DNA of 5,892 nucleotides from a virus (Duplodnaviria; Heunggongvirae; Uroviricota; Caudoviricetes): IMG/VR virus record IMGVR_UViG_2529292735_000014; one strand, 5' to 3'. Shown piece by piece: positions 1 to 5,791 of this stretch (position 1 is its first letter; each line of letters starts with the position of its first letter). The notes under the pieces were generated by a model. It saw only the letters and a program-made list of their open reading frames with translations, ran no database searches and was not told where the DNA came from. The position numbers and the translations under genes were made by a program.

Positions 1-2
1 CG

Positions 3-976
3 TCGCTCAGTGCATTCACATTTGATGGTCCTTATCGCCTGACCGGGCATGACCTGCTGGACAATATGTACTGTGCTGATAACGGGCGGTGGTATGAAAC
101 CCCGGTGGACTGGTACGGTCTGGCAAGAGCTGCCCGGCAAACGTCCTGGCATCAGTCTGCGCTTTACTTTAAGCGCAATGTATTACTCGGTTGCTACATC
201 CCGCACCCGCTGCTTTCCCGGCAGGATTTCTCGGCGCTGGCGCTGGACTGGTTTGTGTTCGGTAACGCATTCCTTGAGCTTCGAAGCAATATGCTCGGCG
301 AACCGCTTAAATTACGGCACGCACTGGCGAAATACATGCGACGCGGAAGCGATCTTGAATCATGGTGGTATGTGCAGGATGGCAAGGACGCGTTCCAGTT
401 TCGCCCTGGCAAAGTGTGCCACCTGATGAATCCGGATATTAACCAGGAAATTTACGGCATGCCGGAATATCTCGGCGCATTACTCTCGGCCAGCCTGTCT
501 CATTCGGCGGACATGTTCAGAAAACTGTATTACGACAACGGATCCCACGCCGGGTGCATCATCTACATCGGTGCAGCGCAGGTAAACCGCGAAAGCATGG
601 ACTCCCTGAAAGAAACGCTACAGGGCGCACGTGGTGGTGGCGCGTTTAAAAACGTGCTCATCCATGCGCCCAACGGGGGCAAAGAGGGGTGCAAATTTTG
701 CCGTTCCAGCAGATCACCGCAAAGGATGAGTTCATGAATGTTAAGGCGGCATCCCGTGATGATGTGCTGGCTGCGCACCGTGTTCCGCCGCAACTGATGG
801 GGGCGATGCCGGGCGAAAAAAGTGCGTTTGGTGATGTGGAGAAGGCCGCGCGGGTTTACGCAATTAACGAGCTGATGCCCGTCATGGAGGCCATGAAGCA
901 CATCAATGACTGGCTTGGCGAAGAGGTGATCCGCTTTAACCCTTACGCACTGTTAGACACCCAGCCCACATCCTGA
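3..976 (+). CDS. phage capsid portal protein (P2 gpQ-like), 5' end outside window; reading frame interrupted between ~650 and 737 (possible pseudogene or homopolymer error)
   Basis: Frame 0 is open from the window edge (pos 3) to the stop at 735-737 and gives protein-like sequence (...NPDINQEIYGMPEYLGALL...GAFKNVLIHAPNGGKEG). Frame 2 (689..976 in the ORF track) continues with protein-like sequence (QILPFQQITAKDEF...IRFNPYALLDTQPTS) to the stop at 974-976. Frame 2 has a TAA at 647-649, so the switch lies between 650 and 737, most simply at the G runs 675-679 or 686-689. Identity is inferred mainly from synteny: in P2 the gene transcribed toward cos opposite gene A is portal gene Q (about 344 aa, which fits about 324 codons in the window plus a short upstream part). 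Confidence 0.6.
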
Positions 977-1002
977 CGCGCTTCGCTTGTCTGCTGCTTC
1001 GC

Positions 1003-1027
1003 CGGGGCATAAAAAATTTATGCCCCG
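1003..1027 (+). terminator. perfect 25-bp palindrome (11-bp stem, 3-nt loop) 27 bp after the portal stop; candidate transcription terminator or protein-binding palindrome
   Basis: CGGGGCATAAA-AAA-TTTATGCCCCG; 1003-1013 pairs with 1017-1027. There is no clean trailing U-tract, so terminator function is uncertain. Confidence 0.35.
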
Positions 1028-1286
1028 ACTCTCCAGCTCCTGTATCAGTCAGATAATTTCACGATGCTTTCCTGCTGATTTGCCATCATCGACAGTCAGA
1101 CTCTTACGCAATCCCACCGCGTTGACTGCATGTTCTCGCCGTCTCAGTGCGATTTTGACGGCCTTACCTTTCACCCCATCAAATCAAAAGCCCTCACGTC
1201 TTTTTCACACTCAGCGTGAGAAATACAGCCATTCTGTTGTATCTCTGCGACATCGTTCAGGGAATGCTATTTACCCCCTGAAACGC

Positions 1287-1305
1287 GGGCTGTTCCCCCG
1301 TCACC
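1287..1305 (-). other. candidate cos (cohesive-end) 19-mer, P2-like
   Basis: The - strand reads GGTGACGGGGGAACAGCCC, which matches about 13 of 19 positions of the P2 cohesive end as I recall it (GGCGAGGCGGGGAAAGCAC). It lies about 310 bp past the portal stop and in the P2 orientation (the 19-mer is followed by the portal gene on the opposite strand). The match is weak and from memory. Confidence 0.2.
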
Positions 1306-1401
1306 TGTGCGCAGAAAAAGCGCGTTTTTTTGTGCACGCACGGATCCTTGACGGATCCAGCCGCCACGCGGGCTGGAAGGGCAAAAATTCGTTCAAAAAA
1401 A

Positions 1402-1428
1402 TTGTGCAAATTTGTGCACTATTGTGCA
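1402..1428. repeat. three tandem TTGTGCA motifs at exactly 10-bp spacing (a fourth copy at 1330-1336); candidate protein-binding iterons
   Basis: ATTGTGCAAA / TTTGTGCACT / ATTGTGCAGC, with TTGTGCA at 1402-1408, 1412-1418 and 1422-1428. An extra TTGTGCAC sits at 1330-1337, right after a T7 run. Confidence 0.5.
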
Positions 1429-1429
1429 G

Positions 1430-1455
1430 CAGGGCGATGTGCGATTATCGCCCTG
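1430..1455. repeat. inverted repeat CAGGGCGAT-N8-ATCGCCCTG (9-bp arms); same arm sequence as the palindrome at 2097..2114
   Basis: 1430-1438 CAGGGCGAT pairs with 1447-1455 ATCGCCCTG. It lies about 140 bp downstream (- strand sense) of the 154-aa gene. There is no U-tract in the - sense and only a weak GUUUG in the + sense. Confidence 0.5.
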
Positions 1456-1595
1456 GTTTGAGGGGGATCAGGTGTTATTTTTATCTGTCGTCAGTGGGCT
1501 AAACCATCCACAATTTACATCGCAGGACTGATGCGTTCTGTCCTCGTGTTTTCTCCTGCCACAATGCTTTTCCGCCAGCCTTTATGATGGCTCTT

Positions 1596-2060
1596 TCAAC
1601 ATCCCCGCTCGTATCGCAAGGGCTGAAATACGTCATTAATGAAATATTCGCTTATGTCCGGAAGCGATACTGCAAAATTATTTGTTTGTTGCGCCGTCCT
1701 GCTATGCAGCAAAGCGGCATGCTTTAATGCGTCCTGTGCTTTCTGGAATTTAAGTGCATAGTCAGTGGCGATTTTTTCCAGTTCAGTGATTCGGTTGTCT
1801 TTGGTTTCCAGCCAATCAAGTAGCGCCAATACTTCAGGATCCCCGACATCCAACACTGTTATGCGTGATTTTTCATAATGTTCGTCAGCAAGAGTTCGAC
1901 CAATTTTGAAATCTCCATCATCACCATAACCGGAGCAGGCATAAACAACCTGTGCTCCAGATATTCGCTGAATTGACATTTCCTCACCGCAAATAGGGCA
2001 TTTCGGTACTGGCACAGGTGAATAACGTTCACGTAATGCCTGATAGTTGATTTCGCTCAT
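1596..2060 (-). CDS. hypothetical protein, 154 aa, N-terminal zinc-ribbon-like motif (CPICG...YACSG) followed by a predicted helical region; function unknown
   Basis: ATG at 2060 is preceded by AAGGAG with about 8-nt spacing. The ORF is intact to the stop at 1596-1598. It is noticeably AT-richer than the flanking parMR and A genes, suggesting separate acquisition. I do not recognise the family. Confidence 0.65.
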   Translation of the reverse strand: MSEINYQALRERYSPVPVPKCPICGEEMSIQRISGAQVVYACSGYGDDGDFKIGRTLADEHYEKSRITVLDVGDPEVLALLDWLETKDNRITELEKIATDYALKFQKAQDALKHAALLHSRTAQQTNNFAVSLPDISEYFINDVFQPLRYERGC

Positions 2061-2096
2061 TAAGTCGTTCTCCTTGTTTATGTACTGAGGTGAGAG

Positions 2097-2114
2097 CAGG
2101 GCGAACTCGCCCTG
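2097..2114. promoter_or_regulatory. 18-bp palindrome CAGGGCGA-AC-TCGCCCTG between the parR-like stop and the 154-aa gene; candidate operator or RNA stem-loop
   Basis: Perfect inverted repeat (7-8 bp GC-rich arms) 9 bp after the parR-like stop and 37 bp before the ATG at 2060. No U-tract follows it on the - strand transcript, so it is not a canonical intrinsic terminator. It shares the CAGGGCGA arm with the palindrome at 1430..1455. Confidence 0.45.
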
Positions 2115-2122
2115 ATGTTGTG

Positions 2123-2434
2123 TTATTCAGGAAATAACGCCCGGATATTTCCGGCCATCTGACTGGTTATCTGTGCGGTTGATACTGGCTGTGATGCGGG
2201 GCGTTCTGTCCTGGTTTGTGTCACTGATAACGCTTCATCACCAGCCCATGCAGCCAGTCGATAAGCCTCTGCCGGATTCATTTTCAGAAGTGCCAGCCCG
2301 GCCAGAAAAGCCACGCGTTGGCCGCTTTTGCGGGCTTCTGGTGTAAGGCTGTCCAGCCAGGCGCATGCTTCTCCTTCGTTCTTGACGGCGGTGGGCTTCA
2401 GATAGAAACTTATCCGTCTGGTTGGAGTCGTCAT
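2123..2434 (-). CDS. parR: ParR/StbB-like partition adaptor / DNA-binding protein (ribbon-helix-helix type), 103 aa
   Basis: The translation MTTPTRRISFYLKPTAVKNEGEACAWLDSLTPEARKSGQRVAFLAGLALL...IRALFPE resembles plasmid R1 ParR as I recall it (RRTIAFKLNP...LDSIP..ER...AALTAGLAL...LRSLFPKE). The ATG at 2434 lies 4 nt after the parM-like stop, with GGAG inside the last parM codons (AAGGAGTAA) acting as a ribosome-binding site, which indicates translational coupling. The longer 148-aa ORF in the track (to 2569) overlaps parM out of frame and is not supported. Confidence 0.7.
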   Translation of the reverse strand: MTTPTRRISFYLKPTAVKNEGEACAWLDSLTPEARKSGQRVAFLAGLALLKMNPAEAYRLAAWAGDEALSVTQTRTERPASQPVSTAQITSQMAGNIRALFPE

Positions 2435-2438
2435 TGGT

Positions 2439-3398
2439 TTACTCCTTGTCCATTGCGTACAGCCCATTAACCAGAGCAAACTGTGGCACCCCGTCCGCGA
2501 TGAAAGTCGCATTAACTCCGCAGGCTTCGCGGATAGCGGGTGCCACAATCTCCGCCCCTCCACCGACAACCATCACCCGCCCGTAACCCGAAAAACCCGC
2601 CAGCGCGCGGATCACGCGTTGTTTCAGTGTTTCTTCCTTTTCACGAATAACCGCCATCAGGCTGTCGTAATGCGCGTCATTGTGGATGTGCTGGCGCAGC
2701 CAGGCTTCATCATGGCGATGTTCGATAATGGTATTGGCGATGTGGTGACTGGTACGCATACCGTTAGTGGCCATCACCGACAGTACGGCATCGGCCATCA
2801 GGGAAACGCCTACGTGTGGATCGCAAAACACCTGGCTGATACCTGCCAGTTGTCCCTGGACCTTTGCCACATCCAGCGTGGTTCCGCCCAAATCCACAAT
2901 CAGCAGGGATTCAAACGGACTCATGTCAGCCAGTGCTTTAAAGCCAGCCGGAATGGATTCAGGCATAACCCGTACGTTACGGATAGTGAATGCTTCGCCG
3001 TTCTGGTACTCCACCGGGCGCATAACGTTCGCTTTTTTGCGGCTGATGTTGGTCATGTCCGGCTGTGCGTTTGTGTCGAAATACTCGCTCAGTGGCAGGG
3101 TGACAACCACATCCACCTCCTGTGGCGTGATGCCTGATTTGACCAGCGCGTGATGAATGGCAATGACATTCACATCGCTGTACTGGTATTGCGTGTCGGT
3201 CGTCTGGACAAAGCGATCGCTGACCGGATCAAAACCATAGCGCACGCCATCAAGCATGTAGTTCGCGGGCTGCGTACCACCGAACGGCGCAGACCATTCC
3301 GACTTGAAGCTGTTCGGGCTGATGGCGTTGCGGCGTTCGCCGTTCTCAGTCCATGCCAGCTTGATGTTGGTGGAGCCGTCGTCGATACAAATTTTCAT
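2439..3398 (-). CDS. parM: ParM/StbA-like actin-fold ATPase (type II partition NTPase family), 319 aa
   Basis: N-terminus MKICIDDGSTNIKLAW closely parallels R1 ParM (MLVFIDDGSTNIKLQW, from memory). Further actin-like ATPase motifs are present: ISPNSFK, YSDVNVIAIHHAL, IVDLGGTTLDV (phosphate-2 DxGGxT), VMVVGGGAE (adenosine motif) and the C-terminal LVNGLY. The ATG at 3398 has AAGGGAAAG upstream. The gene starts 32 bp after the A stop. Confidence 0.9.
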   Translation of the reverse strand: MKICIDDGSTNIKLAWTENGERRNAISPNSFKSEWSAPFGGTQPANYMLDGVRYGFDPVSDRFVQTTDTQYQYSDVNVIAIHHALVKSGITPQEVDVVVTLPLSEYFDTNAQPDMTNISRKKANVMRPVEYQNGEAFTIRNVRVMPESIPAGFKALADMSPFESLLIVDLGGTTLDVAKVQGQLAGISQVFCDPHVGVSLMADAVLSVMATNGMRTSHHIANTIIEHRHDEAWLRQHIHNDAHYDSLMAVIREKEETLKQRVIRALAGFSGYGRVMVVGGGAEIVAPAIREACGVNATFIADGVPQFALVNGLYAMDKE

Positions 3399-3416
3399 GT
3401 CGCTTTCCCTTATGTT

Positions 3417-3428
3417 GATTAATTAATC
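3417..3428. promoter_or_regulatory. 12-bp perfect AT-rich palindrome GATTAATTAATC between the A stop and the parM ribosome-binding site; candidate operator
   Basis: Self-complementary 12-mer located 19-30 nt upstream of the parM ATG. Confidence 0.3.
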
Positions 3429-3430
3429 GT

Positions 3431-5791
3431 TTACGGGATTCTGAAATCCCGTTTTTGCCTGTTTTGTGCGCGCTTCATATATCGCTGCGCGTTTTTTTGC
3501 TCATTTACGGGATTCGTGAGTCCCGTTTCTGTCTGTTTTTTGTTTCCACTGGTCAGGCCACCCCGCAGCAGGTCTGCTTTGCGGCGGGCGCGTTCAGTGG
3601 TTTCACTGATTCTCTGTGCGTGCTCTGCGTCGCGGATGGCGCGCAGCATGTCAGAAAGCACGGTAACGGGTGTTTTCATGGTGTTCCGGTCCTGCTGAAG
3701 TGTGGATGCCAGGCGTGTGGCGGCTTCAGGGTCTGATGCCCCCAGCTGTGCCAGATAGCTGGCAACCGGGTTATGGCGGATCTCCGTGCTGCTTACACCG
3801 TGATTACGGCTCAGGCGCTGCCAGAGCTGCGTGATTCGGCTGTCCGGGCGGGTATCCGGTTTGCGTACAATTTCAAATCCCTGCGGTGCAATGATGCTGC
3901 CGTCAACGTACAGACTGCCGCCCCGTAACAGGTGCTGCATTTGTTGTTCACCGATATGCAGGCCGAGAGATTCAGCAGACTCCCGCCATTCTCTAGCGAG
4001 TAATTCGTGGTTATCAGGCAAAGGCCGCGGCTGTTTGCGGCTCTGTGTCCAGCTCTGCATTTCATCACTGCTGTTTTTTGCCTGTTTGTCACGCAGCGAA
4101 CGCATCAGCGCCCGGCGTTCGTGCCGTTTCAGTGAGCGCATCCATTCGTTCACTTCAATGCCGTCAGGAAGCTGCGGCCACGGTGCTGACCGTTCTTCCG
4201 GCTGTTCTGTCCCGTTGTTGTCCGTTTCCTGTACACGGGGACAGTTATTGCCACGAGTCCAAGGGGCGGCAGGGCCGCCCTGAAGGTCAAAACCATTTTC
4301 GCGGGCGCTGTCTTCCGTTTCCGGTTTACGTCTTACCAGTTTCCAGTTATCCGGATGCGTGCACACACGGGAGGATTCCCCGATGAGTGGTGACCAGATC
4401 CCGTAAATCTGTACGCTCTGTTCGCCGTAATCATTCAGCTCATCTGCGAGGTCGTAGGCGGTGCGAATCAGGTAGTCTTTGCGTGGAACAAGTACGCCGC
4501 CCTGTTTTTCAATGTAGGTGGCAAAACACCCGGCATCGGCGGCAGCGAGTACCGCATCCATTGCGTCATCTTTCAGTCGTTGCGGGCCTTCCGGGTTGCG
4601 TGCCATCTGGCTGGCAAGGCGGCGCAGTTCACGCCACACCTGACGGGAGGGGATGCCAAAGAACTGGAACTGGCGGACCCGATGAAGGCGCGCCCAGCCG
4701 ATGGCGCGCTCCACACTCTCGGCCATTGATTTTCCGGTTTCGTGGTCAACGCGTGGCTTGCCCGTTTTCGGGTCGATGCCATCCACGGCGCGGCTGTCCA
4801 GGTTCTTTCCGATGTAGGTGGCGATGTAGCTGGTTGGCGTGCCTTTTGAGCCGTCGACATACTCCGCCTTAAAGCGCGGAGTAATATCATTGTCCAGCTC
4901 GTGGCGGTCTTCCTGAATGGCAATATCGCGGGTGATGGCCACGATGCTGTCGATTTCTTCCGGATGAGCAAAGACCATCATATGCCAGTGCACAGTGCCG
5001 TCATGGTGAGGCTCCACCGTGCGGATGCCATACCAGCGCAGGCCGTCGCGGTTCAGTTTCTTGCGGACCGCCGCAAAAAACGTGTTAACCAGGTAATCGC
5101 TGGAGTCGCGCATGGTGGCCCCGTTCCATTTGGGGTTCGGATGACCGTTCTCCGTTGTTGCGTGGTATTTTGACGGGCAGGTGACAGTCAGAAACACCGC
5201 TTTGTCACCACGGGCTTCGGCCAGAGGTTCCAGCCCCTTCATGGTGGCCATCATTTCTGCCTTACGGTGAACCGGGTTACTTACTCCCGCGTAATACACT
5301 GTCTCGAGATCAATCGTGAACCCGTCTTCATTTTCCAGCATGAAACTTTTCAGGAAATCGCGTGTTTTCTCGCGCTGTGCGCGAAACTCGCTTAACGCGT
5401 CCTGGCTCAGATAGGGCGATGTTTTTCTGGAAACCAGACAGGCGGCGCGGAGTTGTTCTTCTCTCCACTCGCAACGTAACAGCCACAGTTTGCGTTTCCA
5501 CCATTCTGCACAGGTCAGGCGAAGGATTGCGCCCGGCAGCAGCTCCGTGTCCGGTTCGTTCCTCCGGTCTTTGTCTGTTGTCAGTGCGTCATAATGTGGA
5601 GGCATGGCGTGCAGGTGTAACGCCATGCGGGCCAGCATCTGATACGCCTTCAGCGTTACATCCATGGTCAGTTCGCCATCGGTCGCGCCAAAGCCATCGC
5701 AGAGTTTTTCGAAGGTGCTGCTGAACATCGCCGCCGTCATGGTGGCCAGTGTCTGTATCTGGTGTTTGTTGAGCTGCGGCAGGTAAAGCAA
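3431..5791 (-). CDS. A: phage replication initiation protein A (P2 gpA family rolling-circle replication endonuclease); 5' boundary uncertain (TTG 'start', probable upstream continuation or frameshift)
   Basis: Long ORF with the family's hallmark motifs: TVEPHHDGTVHWHMMVF (histidine cluster) and YIATYIGK (two tyrosines three residues apart, as in the P2 A active site YIAKYISK), plus LTVTCPSKYH and AEWWKRKLW, which match P2 A as I recall it. The frame has a stop at 5837-5839 and the first ATG is at 5740. The conserved EWW motif sits about 120 residues closer to the N-terminus than in P2 A, suggesting the true N-terminus is upstream and in another frame. Confidence 0.85.
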   Translation of the reverse strand: MLYLPQLNKHQIQTLATMTAAMFSSTFEKLCDGFGATDGELTMDVTLKAYQMLARMALHLHAMPPHYDALTTDKDRRNEPDTELLPGAILRLTCAEWWKRKLWLLRCEWREEQLRAACLVSRKTSPYLSQDALSEFRAQREKTRDFLKSFMLENEDGFTIDLETVYYAGVSNPVHRKAEMMATMKGLEPLAEARGDKAVFLTVTCPSKYHATTENGHPNPKWNGATMRDSSDYLVNTFFAAVRKKLNRDGLRWYGIRTVEPHHDGTVHWHMMVFAHPEEIDSIVAITRDIAIQEDRHELDNDITPRFKAEYVDGSKGTPTSYIATYIGKNLDSRAVDGIDPKTGKPRVDHETGKSMAESVERAIGWARLHRVRQFQFFGIPSRQVWRELRRLASQMARNPEGPQRLKDDAMDAVLAAADAGCFATYIEKQGGVLVPRKDYLIRTAYDLADELNDYGEQSVQIYGIWSPLIGESSRVCTHPDNWKLVRRKPETEDSARENGFDLQGGPAAPWTRGNNCPRVQETDNNGTEQPEERSAPWPQLPDGIEVNEWMRSLKRHERRALMRSLRDKQAKNSSDEMQSWTQSRKQPRPLPDNHELLAREWRESAESLGLHIGEQQMQHLLRGGSLYVDGSIIAPQGFEIVRKPDTRPDSRITQLWQRLSRNHGVSSTEIRHNPVASYLAQLGASDPEAATRLASTLQQDRNTMKTPVTVLSDMLRAIRDAEHAQRISETTERARRKADLLRGGLTSGNKKQTETGLTNPVNEQKNAQRYMKRAQNRQKRDFRIP
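3433..3545 (+). repeat. tandem pair of ~45-bp direct repeats, each a hairpin plus T-run (+ strand terminator-like), with a weaker GC hairpin plus T7 between them; they overlap the last ~40 codons of gene A and lie just upstream of parM
   Basis: Repeat 1 is TTTACGGGATTCTGAAATCCCGTTTTTGCCTGTTTTG (stem 3433-3440 / 3445-3452, then T5). Repeat 2 is TTTACGGGATTCGTGAGTCCCGTTTCTGTCTGTTTTTTG (stem 3507-3513 / 3520-3526). The middle element pairs 3468-3471 with 3487-3490, followed by T7 at 3492-3498. The two repeats are roughly 85% identical by eye. Confidence 0.5.

Noticed and set aside
49-426. 125-aa + strand ORF (and the - strand ORF 194..412) overlapping the portal gene
   Set aside because: They sit in alternative frames of the portal coding region. 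The frame-0 translation is the protein-like one and is open from the window edge.
1340-1358. Direct repeat ACGGATCC...ACGGATCC containing two BamHI-type palindromes
   Set aside because: Only two short copies. GGATCC is self-complementary, so the apparent inverted repeat is trivial. It is noted as part of the cos-proximal region but not called as a separate element.
987-1502. 171-aa + strand ORF spanning the cos-proximal non-coding region
   Set aside because: Low-complexity S/R/C-rich translation that runs straight through the palindromes, T-runs and iterons. No ribosome-binding site is evident and P2-like phages have no gene here. It looks like a chance ORF.
977-1595. Possibility that this non-coding region holds a CRISPR array, tRNA or small RNA gene
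   Set aside because: The repeats are short and heterogeneous with no regular repeat-spacer periodicity, and I could not see a tRNA-like cloverleaf. The structure is better explained as cos-flanking recognition and terminator elements.
2435-2569. N-terminal 45-codon extension of the parR-like ORF back to 2569
   Set aside because: It overlaps the 3' end of parM out of frame. The ATG at 2434 has a proper ribosome-binding site and sits 4 nt after the parM stop, giving a 103-aa product of ParR-like size.
1596-3398. Interpretation of the window as a plasmid fragment because of the parMR-like genes
   Set aside because: The module is flanked on one side by a P2-family replication gene A and on the other by a cos-type region and a portal gene in the P2 arrangement, so a P2-like phage or prophage context is much better supported. 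Whether the element also replicates as a plasmid stays open.
2619-3422. Three + strand ORFs (2619..3137, 2767..3153, 3150..3422) antisense to the parM-like gene
   Set aside because: They lie wholly inside the strongly supported parM-like CDS on the opposite strand. The translations are H/C/R-rich and not protein-like, typical of shadow ORFs.
3455-5724. Multiple ORFs of 60-161 aa on both strands inside gene A (3455..3736, 3516..3698, 3811..4092, 3831..4283, 4045..4386, 4387..4872, 4573..4971, 4901..5173, 5362..5724)
   Set aside because: All overlap the A coding frame, which carries the family's conserved motifs. Their translations are R/C/S-rich, as expected for alternative frames of a GC-rich gene.
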